NCBI GenBank assembly: GCA_041854805.1
Contig: JBHADA010000037.1
Coordinates: 14,385-78,384 of the forward strand
Origin: Arachnia sp.
Lineage (GTDB): Bacteria > Actinomycetota > Actinomycetes > Propionibacteriales > Propionibacteriaceae
Direction: 5' to 3'
Length of the DNA: 64,000 nt
Part shown: positions 42,765-53,069 of the stretch, one piece after another
Layout of the letters: each line of letters begins with the position of its first letter
Position numbering within the stretch: position 1 is the first letter of the stretch
Notes under the pieces: generated by a model
The model's database searches: none
The model's input: only the letters and a program-made list of their open reading frames with translations
Told to the model about the DNA's origin: nothing
Program-made: the position numbers and the translations under genes

Positions 42765-43001
42765 TCAGTCGTTGGTTTTGGCAGGAATGTTCAGCTCGTG
42801 GCGCAGTTCGGCCTCTCGCTCGGCCATGGCGGCACGGAAGGTAGCCACGAAGTCGCCGAAACTCACGGCCATCTCCTGCCCCTTCTCCGTCACCTGTTCC
42901 TGTACGCCTTGAGGGGTGAAGCGGTGGAGCAGTTCCTTGCCTCGCAGCACGAGGAAGACCGTGACCGCAGCACCCACGAGAATCCAGAAGATGCGGCTCA
43001 C
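42765..43001 (-). CDS. Small membrane-anchored protein (DUF6167-like)
   Basis: N-terminal TM, F...FRAAMAEREAEL, and position between DUF948 and alaS. Confidence 0.65.
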   Translation of the reverse strand: MSRIFWILVGAAVTVFLVLRGKELLHRFTPQGVQEQVTEKGQEMAVSFGDFVATFRAAMAEREAELRHELNIPAKTND

Positions 43002-43372
43002 TTCTTCTTCCTTCCAGCCAAGGCCCTGCGCACGCCGTAGGTGAAGGCCGCGGTCTTGACGAGCGGTCCGCCCAGGGTGGCGGAGAACAGCGTGGACAGT
43101 TGGGCAGCGTTCTCGCTCACCACGGTGGCATGTCCGCTCACCCGGCTCACGTCGTCGGTGACGACGCTGAGTTTCTCCAGTTCAGAGTTGGTGGCGACCA
43201 CGGTTCCCTTGAGTTCCTGCAGGATGGGGACCGAATTGTGTCCCACATCACGCACTGTCAACCGCAGTTCGTCCAGCAGCCGTCCCAACTTGAGCAGCGG
43301 AACGGCGCAGAGGGCAACCAACACCCACAGGGCAATCACCCCGATCAACGCCAAGACTTCACCGGTGCTCAT
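42998..43372 (-). CDS. DUF948 domain protein
   Basis: TM followed by a coiled coil, ending GGPLVK.AAF.YGVRRA. AAGGAG RBS. Confidence 0.8.
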   Translation of the reverse strand: MSTGEVLALIGVIALWVLVALCAVPLLKLGRLLDELRLTVRDVGHNSVPILQELKGTVVATNSELEKLSVVTDDVSRVSGHATVVSENAAQLSTLFSATLGGPLVKTAAFTYGVRRALAGRKKK

Positions 43373-43441
43373 GATGCTCCTTTACGACGGTTGTGGCTGG
43401 GCGTAACTGTAGCCCACACCCCAGGCTCAAACCCGCACCCA

Positions 43442-44794
43442 TCAGCCGGGATTCAGCAGGTCGCGCAGAGCGGCCACCCGTTCCGCGATAGCAGCCTCCT
43501 GGCCGTGGTCGGTCGGCTGGTAGTACTGGCTGCCGAGCAGTTCCTCCGGCAGGTAGGTCTGCGCCACCACCGCGTGGACATAGTCGTGGGGATACTTGTA
43601 GCCCTCACCGTGCCCCAGGTCCTTGGCCCCGGCGTAGTGGGCATCACGGAGATGCGCGGGCACCTGCCCCACCTTGCCACCCCGGACATCCGCGATGGCC
43701 TTCTCCAACGCCAGGTAGGCGGCGTTGGATTTGGGGGCCGTGGCAGCGGCGACTGTGGCGTGCGCAAGCGTGATCCGCGCCTCCGGCATACCCAACAGTT
43801 GCACGGCCTGGGCGGCTGCCACGCAGGTTTGGAGCACGGAACTGGCCGCCATGCCGATGTCCTCGGACGCGGAGATCATGAGGCGACGCGCGATGAAACG
43901 CGGGTCCTCCCCCGCCTCCAGCATCCGTGCCAGATAGTGCAGGGCCGCGTCGACATCGGAGCCGCGGATGGACTTGATGAACGCCGAGATGACGTCGTAA
44001 TGCTGGTCGCCGTCGCGGTCGTAACGCAGGGTTGCACGGTCGACCGCGCCCGAGAGGATGTCGGTGGTGATCGTGGCGGTTCCCTGAGCCTCCGCAGACG
44101 CCGCCGCCTCCTCCAGATAGGTCAGCGCCCTACGAGCGTCTCCCCCGGCCAGCCTCACCAGCTCTGTCCTGGCGGCCTCTTCGAGGCCAGGATTGCCGCC
44201 CAGGCCACGCTCGTCGGTAGCGGCCCGGTCCACCAAGGCGGCGATGTCCTCGTCCGTGAGCGGCTTCAGGCGAAGCAGGAGGGAGCGTGACAGCAGCGGG
44301 GAGATGACGGAAAAGGACGGGTTCTCCGTGGTGGCTGCGATGAGGGTGACGATCCGGTTCTCCACCGCAGGCAGCAGCACGTCTTGTTGGGTCTTGGAGA
44401 ATCTGTGGACCTCGTCGATGAACAAGACGGTCGAGCCTCCTCGCTCAAGTTCGCGACGGGCGTTGTCCAGTTCTGCCCGGAGTTCCTTAACGCCAGCCGT
44501 CACCGCGGAAACCTCGACAAACCGTGCCCCGGAAGCACGCGAGACGATGGAGGCCAAGGTGGTCTTGCCAACTCCGGGTGGGCCCCACAGGAAGACGCTC
44601 ATGGGTTGGCCCGCCACCAGCCGGCGCAGCGGAGAACCAGGCGTCAGGAGGTGTTGCTGGCCGACGATCTCGTCCAGGGTGCGTGGACGCATCCGCACGG
44701 CCAGCGGGGCGACGTCGCCCCGCGCGTCTCCCAGGGAGCCCAACGCCTTGCCGCGTGGCTCATCGATGGGGTTTCCGAAGAGGTCGACACTCAC
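43442..44794 (-). CDS. rarA: Replication-associated recombination protein A (RarA/MgsA)
   Basis: [49 protein letters not shown]. Confidence 0.96.
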   Translation of the reverse strand: MSVDLFGNPIDEPRGKALGSLGDARGDVAPLAVRMRPRTLDEIVGQQHLLTPGSPLRRLVAGQPMSVFLWGPPGVGKTTLASIVSRASGARFVEVSAVTAGVKELRAELDNARRELERGGSTVLFIDEVHRFSKTQQDVLLPAVENRIVTLIAATTENPSFSVISPLLSRSLLLRLKPLTDEDIAALVDRAATDERGLGGNPGLEEAARTELVRLAGGDARRALTYLEEAAASAEAQGTATITTDILSGAVDRATLRYDRDGDQHYDVISAFIKSIRGSDVDAALHYLARMLEAGEDPRFIARRLMISASEDIGMAASSVLQTCVAAAQAVQLLGMPEARITLAHATVAAATAPKSNAAYLALEKAIADVRGGKVGQVPAHLRDAHYAGAKDLGHGEGYKYPHDYVHAVVAQTYLPEELLGSQYYQPTDHGQEAAIAERVAALRDLLNPG

Positions 44795-44817
44795 TGCTTC
44801 AGCCTATCGGCCCCCAG

Positions 44818-45324
44818 TCACAGAAACTCGTCGCGCAGACGCTGGGTCTCCGCCACCACTTGCGCCCGGGTGCGAGGCTCGGAGAGGTCTGCCCCGTCGG
44901 TGCCGGAGGCAACCGCGTAGAAACGCAGCCTAGGGTCTGCGCCCAAACCTCGTCGACCGACGATGTGGACCTGCCCAGAAGCGGTATCGACGAGTGCGCT
45001 CACGACGGTGGTGGCCTGGATCCGTTCCCGGAACAACTGCGGCATCATCCCGGCGTCGTCCAAGGTCGCCTCGATCTCCTCCCCATCCAGCGGCCGCCAT
45101 GTAAACCGCCGTGTTTGGGCGTCCCACGCTCCAGCCGCGATCTCCTCCCATGGCCACACCCGCCATGCTCCCTCCGCACGCATCGCCAGGTTGGTCCGGG
45201 TTCCAGCGAGAACCGTGTCCGCGCCCACGCCTTGAGCCAACACCCGCTCATCGCTGCCGAGGGCCTCACGAAGGCCAGTGAGATCGACACGGGGGGCGCT
45301 TCGAAAGAATGGCATGCCCACCAT
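44818..45324 (-). CDS. Hypothetical protein
   Basis: Open frame in genome-like codon style containing W.WEEI..G.WD and PQLFRERI..T.V. Start is ATG 45324 or 45315. Confidence 0.6.
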   Translation of the reverse strand: MVGMPFFRSAPRVDLTGLREALGSDERVLAQGVGADTVLAGTRTNLAMRAEGAWRVWPWEEIAAGAWDAQTRRFTWRPLDGEEIEATLDDAGMMPQLFRERIQATTVVSALVDTASGQVHIVGRRGLGADPRLRFYAVASGTDGADLSEPRTRAQVVAETQRLRDEFL

Positions 45325-45421
45325 TGTGCGGGCTGTGGAGAAATAGTGTTGTCCGTTTCGTACCATCCACAACTCAGGTCGGGGCGTACACGCGAGCATC
45401 GTCGCGGCCGACTCTGACCAC

Positions 45422-46276
45422 ATGAGACTCCAGATTCCCAAGGCACAGTTGTCTGAGGGTGAGGATGCCGCTCTCGCCCGAACTATCGAGGCTGGTTGTT
45501 ATGCCCAATGGTTGCTCGCTCGTGACGACACACGCCCCGGACTCAGCCAGGTCATCGCCGCGGCAGAACGCGCCCGAGAGAAGCTATGGGCGGTCGGGGT
45601 CCGGATCGCCATGCGGCAGGCTGGTCGAGTCGCCTCCGCGGCGCAGTGTTCCCGCGACGATCTATTCCAGGACGCCTGCGTGGCCGTGGCGGAGGCCATC
45701 AATCGTTTCGATCACACCATGGGGGTGCGGTTTACCACGTTCGTCCACGAATGCGTCCAACGTGCCCTGTTGGAAGGGGCGCGGCGCGCCCGCCTCGGCC
45801 GCCCACCCGCCAGTCGTGCCGACCGGTTGGCCGCGGTACGCGTGGCACAGTTGCGCCAGCAACGAGCCGCCCAAGGGAACGACCCTGGAATCCGCCAAGC
45901 AGCGGCCATGGCTGGGGTATCGGAGGCGGCCGCCGCACGCGGAGCCAGCGTACTCGTCTCGATCGACGACATCGCCTACGCGGATCCCTCCGCCCAGGTG
46001 CCATTCGAAGCGGTGGAGCAAGTCGACATCCTTGGCTTGCTGCCTAACCACCACCGCCACGTACTGGAGATGCGTTTTGGGTTCACGGGGCCACCGAAAT
46101 CGCTGGCCGAGGTGGCTCGAGCCCATGGCGTATCCGTGTCAACAGCCTTGCGCTGGGAACGCAAAGCCTTGGCGGTGGTTCGACGGATCCTGCGGCATGA
46201 CCAGACCCGTGTCCCGGCCTCGGTCAGGCAAGACCGGCTGCCAGCAGCTTCTTGCGTCGCATCTCCAGCTCGGTGA
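45422..46276 (+). CDS. Divergent sigma-70 family factor (SigA/HrdB-derived)
   Basis: Region 1.2-like LARTIEAGCYA, region 2 DLFQD.....EAINRFD...G.RFTTF, region 4 VLEMRFG......SLAEVA...GVS. Confidence 0.85.
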   Translation: MRLQIPKAQLSEGEDAALARTIEAGCYAQWLLARDDTRPGLSQVIAAAERAREKLWAVGVRIAMRQAGRVASAAQCSRDDLFQDACVAVAEAINRFDHTMGVRFTTFVHECVQRALLEGARRARLGRPPASRADRLAAVRVAQLRQQRAAQGNDPGIRQAAAMAGVSEAAAARGASVLVSIDDIAYADPSAQVPFEAVEQVDILGLLPNHHRHVLEMRFGFTGPPKSLAEVARAHGVSVSTALRWERKALAVVRRILRHDQTRVPASVRQDRLPAASCVASPAR

Positions 46277-48041
46277 GCGCCGCAAACTGCGTCCGATGTC
46301 CGGTGGGATCTTTGATGGGGTCCGTACGTTGAAGCCGCGACTTCAGGTCCTCGATCTCCCGTGCCACGCGGGCCAACCGCAACCTGGAGGAATAAGCCAG
46401 GGAGTAGTTTTCGTCGGGCGTGCGCAGCAAGGGTTCGACGAGCAGTGCGACGAGGAGCTGCTGGACGAGTTCGTTGGGGGCGGCTTGGCGCAAACGATCG
46501 ATCCATGCGTCACCGTACTCGGTGGAGCTCACCAGACGGAAGACGGCGGCATAGCCGGGGTGAGTGAAGTCCTCCGCCGCGACCGCGTTCCACGCCGCAT
46601 CGAAGGTCAGGGGGTGTTGCAGCATGAGCTTGAGTGTGTCGCGTTGGAGACGCAACGCGGGGTCGTCGGGGCGTGGCCACGCGGGATCCACCTCACGGGG
46701 TGCCGCGGACTCCCTCTCCGCGTGGCCACGCCTAGCCGTCCGGGAGGCTTCACGACGCACGTCATCGACATCCATGCCGAGCACCGCCGCCAGCTCCCGC
46801 AGATACTGTTCCACCAGCGACTGATCCCTGATGGAACCGAGTAGGGCGGAGGCCTCCCTGGCCGCTGCAAGCCGACCATCGGCACGATCAAGGTCGTAGC
46901 TAGCAGCGATGTTGTTCATGACGAACTGATAAAGCGGGATCCGGCGCGCCACGAGTTCCCGCACGGCGGCCTCTCCCTCGTGCATCCGCAGGTCGCACGG
47001 GTCGAGCCCAGTGGGTTCGACGGCCACATATGTCTGAGAGATGAAGTTCTGGTCTCCCTTGAAGACCTTGAGCGCGGCGGCTTGGCCCGCCTTGTCCCCA
47101 TCGAAGGTGAAGATGACCTCGCCGTGGAGACCGTCGCGGGTACCCATGAGCCGTTGCAGGAGACGGGCATGATCCTCGCCAAACGCGGTGCCGCAACTGG
47201 CTACGGCGGTAGTGACACCAGACAGATGAGCGGCCATGACGTCGGTGTAGCCCTCGACGACGACGGCCTGGGACCTGCGCCCGATTTCCCGGCGCGCGAG
47301 GTCCAGCCCGTAGAGGACGTGGGACTTCTTGTACACGGGTGTCTCGGGGGTGTTGACGTATTTGGCCGGCAGCCGGTCGTCGTCAAAGAGACGGCGGGCG
47401 CCGAAGCCCAACACGGCCTGGGCGGAGTCCCGGATGGGCCACAGCACCCGACCCACGAAGAAGTCGCGGCCGTTATCTCGGATCAGCCCCGCGGCCTTGA
47501 GCACATCGTCGCCGAAGCCCTGACTGCGCAATGCTTGGCGCAGCGCGCCACCGCTTCGCGGGGCATAGCCAACACCGAAATGCTGCGCGTCGGCCCGGAC
47601 GAAACTGCGCCCGTCGAGGAAGCGACGGGCCTCCACCGCCTCGGGCGAATCCAGTTGCTCGGCGAAGAATCGCTGGGCCGCCTCGTTGGCCTCCAGCACC
47701 CGCTTGCGCAGTCCGGGGGCCTGGGACGACCCATCATCCTCCTTGCGCAGCACGATTCCTGCCCGGTCTGCCAGCACCTCGACGGCCTCGACAAAGGAAA
47801 GATTCTGCTGACGTTGCAGGAAGGTGATGACGTCGCCGCCCTCGCCGCAGCCAAAACAGTAGTAGAAGCCACGCGACGGAGTGACAGTGAAGCTGGGTGT
47901 CTTCTCGTCGTGGAATGGACACAACCCCTTGAGCGAACCTCCGCCCGCGTTCCTGAGTGCCACGTAGCCACCCACCACATCGTCGATCCGGTTGCGCTCA
48001 CGGACTGCGGCAATGTCCTCGTCGTTGATCCGGCTGGCCAC
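46224..48041 (-). CDS. dnaG: DNA primase
   Basis: CPFHDEKTPSF, YCFGCG.GGD, KYVNTPET, VVEGYTDV, FDGD.AG. Confidence 0.98.
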   Translation of the reverse strand: MASRINDEDIAAVRERNRIDDVVGGYVALRNAGGGSLKGLCPFHDEKTPSFTVTPSRGFYYCFGCGEGGDVITFLQRQQNLSFVEAVEVLADRAGIVLRKEDDGSSQAPGLRKRVLEANEAAQRFFAEQLDSPEAVEARRFLDGRSFVRADAQHFGVGYAPRSGGALRQALRSQGFGDDVLKAAGLIRDNGRDFFVGRVLWPIRDSAQAVLGFGARRLFDDDRLPAKYVNTPETPVYKKSHVLYGLDLARREIGRRSQAVVVEGYTDVMAAHLSGVTTAVASCGTAFGEDHARLLQRLMGTRDGLHGEVIFTFDGDKAGQAAALKVFKGDQNFISQTYVAVEPTGLDPCDLRMHEGEAAVRELVARRIPLYQFVMNNIAASYDLDRADGRLAAAREASALLGSIRDQSLVEQYLRELAAVLGMDVDDVRREASRTARRGHAERESAAPREVDPAWPRPDDPALRLQRDTLKLMLQHPLTFDAAWNAVAAEDFTHPGYAAVFRLVSSTEYGDAWIDRLRQAAPNELVQQLLVALLVEPLLRTPDENYSLAYSSRLRLARVAREIEDLKSRLQRTDPIKDPTGHRTQFAALTELEMRRKKLLAAGLA

Positions 48042-48121
48042 GAGACCCGAGTCTACCCCGGGCTCGTCGAGCCTCGGCGGGACGCCTCATCGTGTCGTAG
48101 AGGCTCAGTAGAGTTGGTTTC

Positions 48122-48886
48122 GTGACGGTAGAGGCCGGGTGGCAATTGGCGATCGGGCTCGTTGCCTTGGGCGCGCTCGGCACCATCGTCGGTGTCCTCG
48201 GTCGGCTCGAGGTGCGCTGGGAGATCCCCTGGGCAGCAGTCCGGGCCACGGTGCAACTCACCCTCATCTCCCTCGTGGTGGGGCTGGCCCTCCGCGATCC
48301 CTGGCTCGCGTGGGCCTTCGTGACGGCCATGTTCCTCATCGGAGTAGTCACCAGCGCGCGGCGGGCCGGTCTGAGCGTCGGCCTGGGGTGGGCGGCGGCG
48401 GGTCTGGCCATGGCGGCCGGCGCAGGCCCGGTGTTGACCATCATCTTCCTCTGCGGAGCCGTGCCGTGGACCGGCGAGGCGATCGTGCCTGTGGCCAGCA
48501 TCCTCGTCGGAAACACGATGAGCGCTCATACGCTCGTCACGCGACGCGCGTTCCTCGAGATGCGTGAGGCCATCGGCCAATACGAGGCCCTCTTGGCCTT
48601 GGGTTTCCCCGCCCCCAGGGCCATCAGCGAACTGGTTTCGCCCACCCTTCACGAGGGGCTCATTCCCGGACTGGACCAGACACGCACGGTGGGGTTGGTC
48701 ACCTTGCCGGGTGCGTTCATCGGGGTGATTCTTGGCGGCGGGTCCCCGGTCCAGGCCGCCGCCGCCCAGGCTCTTGTGCTCATCGGGGCCAACGCCGGGC
48801 AGGCGTGCACGGCCGTCGCGGCTCGCGCCCTCATGGCAAGAGGCTGGCTCCTGCCAGCGGACCTGAAAGTCAGGCTACGGCCCTAG
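48122..48886 (+). CDS. UPF0014 (FetB/YbbM-like) ABC permease
   Basis: RATVQL, IVP.A.IL.GN.M, P.LDQTRTVGLVTLPGAF.G..LGG.SP..AA..Q. Confidence 0.88.
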   Translation: MTVEAGWQLAIGLVALGALGTIVGVLGRLEVRWEIPWAAVRATVQLTLISLVVGLALRDPWLAWAFVTAMFLIGVVTSARRAGLSVGLGWAAAGLAMAAGAGPVLTIIFLCGAVPWTGEAIVPVASILVGNTMSAHTLVTRRAFLEMREAIGQYEALLALGFPAPRAISELVSPTLHEGLIPGLDQTRTVGLVTLPGAFIGVILGGGSPVQAAAAQALVLIGANAGQACTAVAARALMARGWLLPADLKVRLRP

Positions 48887-48891
48887 ACCGC

Positions 48892-50001
48892 TCAGGCACC
48901 TCTGCCAATTCCCCGAGGTAGACGCTTGGGGTCCCAACCCAACAGTTCCTGGGCCTGTTCGAAGGCGAACCGGTCAGTCATTCCGCCAACGTAAGCGACA
49001 GCGCCGCGCACCCGCTCCTCCCCCTGGTATGCCGCGGGCATCGCGTCAGGATGCGCCAAGTAGTAGTCCACCAAGTCGCGCAACACCTCGACGACGGTGA
49101 GCGACTGAGCCACCGACTCCGGCCGTGTGTAGATGCGTTCGTAGTTGAATCGTCGCAATTCTCCCAAGGCCTCCGCCCGAACCGGATCCATGCCGACTCG
49201 TCCAGTCTCCATCGTCGTCTCAATGACGGCGTTGATGAAGACCCGCAGTTGCTCGCGACGCGTCTGCCCAGCCACCTCGCGCACCACAGCCGGCAGGTCA
49301 TCGGCTCGCACGATCCTGGCGTGGATGGCGTCCTCTAGGTCATGGGCACAGTAGGCGATCCGGTCCGCCCAGGACACGATCTCGCCCTCAATGGTTGAGG
49401 GAGCCGGGCGAGACCACGAATGGTTTCGGATACCGTCGAGCGTCTGCCGGGTCAGATTCAGTGGGGCCAGCACGACATCGGCGCCCCACGGCCCATGGTC
49501 GTAGCCCTCCGGCAGAAACGCGTCGAATGCATCCTCGCTGGCATGCCCGCCAGGCCCATGGCCGCAGTCGTGTCCCAGCGCGATGGCGTCGGTCAAGGTG
49601 ACATTAACGCCGATCCCACGGGCTATGGCGACCGCGGCCTGGGCCACCTCCACGGCATGGGTGAGACGGGTGCGCTGATGGTCGGTGGGATAGACCACCA
49701 CCTGGGTCTTGCCCGCGAGGCGACGAAACGCTGCCGAATGCACGATCCGATCCCGGTCACGCTCGAAGCATGTGCGGAATTCGTCTGGCTCCTCGGGCCG
49801 GGTCCGCTCCCCAGCCCCCGTCGAGAAGGACGCCTCCGGGATATAGAGAAGACGTTCGCGTTCTTCCCTTTCCACCCGTCGGCGCGGTTCACGATGCTTG
49901 ACCGACGCCGACGACGTGGCGTGGGCCGTCACCACCAGATCGCCATGGCCGTGCATCGTCTTGGCCCACAACTGGGCGCGGGGCAACAGCGAGTCGTTCA
50001 C
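48892..50001 (-). CDS. dgt: dGTP triphosphohydrolase-like HD protein (short type)
   Basis: FERDRDRIVHS.AFRRL.GKTQV, RTRLTH..EV, LGHD.GH.P.GH..E, EG.IV..AD.IAY..HD.ED. TATCCT -10 lies 7 nt before GTG 50001. Confidence 0.9.
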   Translation of the reverse strand: MNDSLLPRAQLWAKTMHGHGDLVVTAHATSSASVKHREPRRRVEREERERLLYIPEASFSTGAGERTRPEEPDEFRTCFERDRDRIVHSAAFRRLAGKTQVVVYPTDHQRTRLTHAVEVAQAAVAIARGIGVNVTLTDAIALGHDCGHGPGGHASEDAFDAFLPEGYDHGPWGADVVLAPLNLTRQTLDGIRNHSWSRPAPSTIEGEIVSWADRIAYCAHDLEDAIHARIVRADDLPAVVREVAGQTRREQLRVFINAVIETTMETGRVGMDPVRAEALGELRRFNYERIYTRPESVAQSLTVVEVLRDLVDYYLAHPDAMPAAYQGEERVRGAVAYVGGMTDRFAFEQAQELLGWDPKRLPRGIGRGA

Positions 50002-50076
50002 CCAGATAAGGATAGTGTTGACAGCCTACGCCGCCCGCCGACGCAGCGGGACATGCGTCGTGCGGAAGGGGAAAAC

Positions 50077-51672
50077 ATGGAAGGTCTCGTCGTTGCGGTC
50101 GCCATCGGCTTGGCGGTGGTGCTGGGCAACGCGCTCGCTCCGCTGTTCGGGGTCTCCGTCCCGCAGGCACAAGTTCTAGTGGGCTTCATGCTCACTTTCA
50201 TTCCGGGCCTCGAGAATCTGGAAATGCCGCCTGAGGTGGTACTCCTACTGTTCCTGCCCGCCCTGCTGTTCTGGGAGAGCCTCACCACATCGAAGGACGC
50301 CATCCGACGCGATCTTCGCGGCATCCTCATTACCTCCACGGTCTTGGTGGTGGCCACCGCTTTCGCTGTTGGCGCAACGGCATGGGCAATGGGAATTCCC
50401 TGGGCGGCCGCGCTCATCCTTGGGGCAGCCGTCGCGCCGCCAGACGCCACCGCCGCCGCGTCTTTGGCGAAGGGTCTGCCACCGCGACAGTTCATGTTGC
50501 TCAAGGCGGAGAGCCTCACCAACGACGGCACGGCGCTGGTGGTTTACAGCATCGCCGTCGGCCTAGCGCTCGGCGGAAGCTACACCGCTTGGGATATCAC
50601 CCTCCAAGCCGCCATCTCGTTCGGCGGTGGCATCCTCGTCGGTATGGTCACGGCGGCGTTGGCGTTACCCGTCATGTCGCGGCTGACCGATCCCCTGGTC
50701 ATCAACATGGGCCTCATCGTCACTCCATACGCTGCCTATCTCCTCGCCGAGGAGATTCACGCTTCCGGGGTCTTGGCTGTGGTCGTCGCCGGCCTCATCT
50801 TGTCCACGCTATCGAACCGGATCAGCACCCCCACTTCTCGCACTCAGGCCGAACACTTCTGGCCGCTGGCCACTGGGCTGCTCAACGGTGCTCTCTTCCT
50901 CCTCATCGGCATGGAGACCCATGCGCTCGTCATGCGTTCCTCCCTAACGGAGTTGGCGAGGCTGGCTGGAATCGCTGTCGCGGTGGCGCTCTGCCTCGTC
51001 GTGTCGCGTTTCGTATTCCTGCAGGTGAGCGTGTGGATCATCCGTTCCCTTGACCGCCGCCCCGAGCAGCGCGCACGCCGGATGTCGTACCGGGCACGGG
51101 TGGTAAGCGCGATGGCGGCTTTCCGCGGCGCCGTCTCCCTGGCTATCACGCTGTCGGTCCCGCTGACCCTTCAGGACGGCAGCGCGTTCCCCCATCGAGA
51201 CGAGGTGATCCTCGTCGCGGCATTGGCCATCGTGCTAGGCATGGCGGTCCAGGGACCACTGCTGCCTCGGGTCATCGCCTGGGCCGCACGCGGCGACAGC
51301 GGCGATCAAGAGGAGGCCGAGCTGTCTCAGGAGCAGCGCCTTACCGAGGCCCGCCTTCTCCTTGCGACGGCGCTGCGCCCGGAACTGCCTGGCCTTGCCG
51401 AGCAGGCAGAAGTTCCGCCCCGTCTCGTCGCCAGCATGCTCGAGCGATTCGAACGGATCACCGCTCACATGAACTCCGGCGACACAGACGCCGATGAGGT
51501 GGCGGTATATGCGGCCATGGAGCGCATGCACATCGCCATGCTCAATCGAAAGCGCGAACTACTCCAACAGATGAACCGGCAGGGCCAGATCTCAGACGAG
51601 ACGGCCCGCGCTCTACGCGCCCAATTCGACTTGGAGGAGATCCGGCGCGAGGGGGCCCTACCGTTCGAGTAG
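50077..51672 (+). CDS. CPA1 family Na+/H+ antiporter
   Basis: LFLPALLF, LGAAVAPPDA, ESLTNDG.ALV, SGVLAVV.AG, FRGAVSLA. Start ATG 50077 with GAAGGGG RBS. Confidence 0.92.
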   Translation: MEGLVVAVAIGLAVVLGNALAPLFGVSVPQAQVLVGFMLTFIPGLENLEMPPEVVLLLFLPALLFWESLTTSKDAIRRDLRGILITSTVLVVATAFAVGATAWAMGIPWAAALILGAAVAPPDATAAASLAKGLPPRQFMLLKAESLTNDGTALVVYSIAVGLALGGSYTAWDITLQAAISFGGGILVGMVTAALALPVMSRLTDPLVINMGLIVTPYAAYLLAEEIHASGVLAVVVAGLILSTLSNRISTPTSRTQAEHFWPLATGLLNGALFLLIGMETHALVMRSSLTELARLAGIAVAVALCLVVSRFVFLQVSVWIIRSLDRRPEQRARRMSYRARVVSAMAAFRGAVSLAITLSVPLTLQDGSAFPHRDEVILVAALAIVLGMAVQGPLLPRVIAWAARGDSGDQEEAELSQEQRLTEARLLLATALRPELPGLAEQAEVPPRLVASMLERFERITAHMNSGDTDADEVAVYAAMERMHIAMLNRKRELLQQMNRQGQISDETARALRAQFDLEEIRREGALPFE

Positions 51673-51690
51673 CAATGCCCGCGCCGTGGT

Positions 51691-52965
51691 TCAGCGTTCG
51701 GAGCGCGGTACCCACGACCGGGCAGTCTCGCCCATGTAGACCTGCCGTGGGCGGTAGATGCGCTGGTGGGGGTTGTCGAAGACTTCCTTCCAGTGAGCGA
51801 TCCATCCTGGGGTCCGGCCGATGGCGAACATGACGGTGAACATGTCTAAGGGAATGCCGATGGCGCGCAGGATGATGCCTGAGTAGAAGTCGACGTTGGG
51901 GTACAGCCGCCGCGACCGGAAGTAATCGTCGGCGAGAGCCGCCTCCTCCACCTGACGGGCCAGATCAAGCAGCGGATCGGTGATGTGCATGGCGTCGAGC
52001 AGATCGTGCGCCGCGCGTTTGAGAATCTTCGCGCGGGGATCGAAGTTGCGATAGACCCGGTGACCAAAACCCATCAGCTTGAATCCCGACTTCTTGTCCT
52101 TGACCCGCTGGACGTAGTCCTTGGGCGCGATGCCACGATCACGGATCTCCTCAAGCATCTCGATGACGCCCATGTTCGCCCCGCCGTGGAGACGTCCCCA
52201 CAAGGCGTTGACACCAGCGGCCACGGAAGCGTGCAGGTTCGCCCCCGACGAGGCGACCATGCGCACAGTCGACGTGGAGCAGTTCTGCTCATGATCAGCG
52301 TGCAGCACCAGGAACATGTTGAGCGCGTGGGCCACCTCGGGGGTCGCCTCGTAATCGCGATAGGGGACGGAGAACATCATGTGCAAGAAGTTCTCCGCGT
52401 AGTTGAGGTCATAGCGGGGGTAGGCGATGGGCTGGCCCAGATGTGACTTGTAGGAGGCGGCCGCGATGGTGCGGGTCTTCGAGATGAGGCCGGCTGCGAC
52501 CCTGCGGAACGTGTCTCCCGCGATGGGCGGCTCATGAGTCTGAAGAGCGTTAATCATGGCCGACAGGATCCCCATGGGGTGCGCCGTGCTCGGGAAGCCG
52601 TCGAAGTGCTTACGCATGTCACGGTGTAGGGCTGAGTGCTCGGACAGGAGCATCCGGAACTCTCTCCGGTCTTCTTCGGTGGGTAGTTCGCCGAAGATGA
52701 GCAGTTCGGCGGTCTCGATGAAGCTGGAGCGCTCCGCCAGTTCCTCGATGGGGATGCCTCGATAACGCAGGATGCCCTGCTCGCCATCGATGAAGGTGAT
52801 CGCGGACTGGCACGATCCCGTGTTGCCATACCCATCGTCGAGGGTGATCAGTCCTGACTGCGTCCTGAGCCGCGAGATGTCGATGGCACGTTCTCCCTCG
52901 GTTCCCGTGATGATGGGAAGCTCGAATTGCTGTCCATCGATGGTGATGTGTGCTGTCTCGGTCAT
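51691..52965 (-). CDS. gltA: Citrate synthase
   Basis: LRYRGIPIE, LHADHEQNCST, G.LHGGAN, MGFGHRVY, YPNVDFYSG. Start ATG 52965. Confidence 0.96.
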   Translation of the reverse strand: MTETAHITIDGQQFELPIITGTEGERAIDISRLRTQSGLITLDDGYGNTGSCQSAITFIDGEQGILRYRGIPIEELAERSSFIETAELLIFGELPTEEDRREFRMLLSEHSALHRDMRKHFDGFPSTAHPMGILSAMINALQTHEPPIAGDTFRRVAAGLISKTRTIAAASYKSHLGQPIAYPRYDLNYAENFLHMMFSVPYRDYEATPEVAHALNMFLVLHADHEQNCSTSTVRMVASSGANLHASVAAGVNALWGRLHGGANMGVIEMLEEIRDRGIAPKDYVQRVKDKKSGFKLMGFGHRVYRNFDPRAKILKRAAHDLLDAMHITDPLLDLARQVEEAALADDYFRSRRLYPNVDFYSGIILRAIGIPLDMFTVMFAIGRTPGWIAHWKEVFDNPHQRIYRPRQVYMGETARSWVPRSER

Positions 52966-53069
52966 GGGAAGGACCCTTCCAGGCAGGCGGCCCCGGCTGG
53001 CGCCGCATTCCGCACGAGAGTACATAGCGGCAGGCCCACATTCGTTCGAGGGTCCATCTAGTGAAAGGG

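Noticed and set aside
48892-50001. dGTPase as an anti-phage gene
   Set aside because: It occupies the usual housekeeping position near dnaG and dusB, with no defence context.
49420-50076. Extra 219-aa N-terminus on the Na+/H+ antiporter
   Set aside because: It overlaps dgt on the opposite strand, and a good RBS and ATG exist at 50077.
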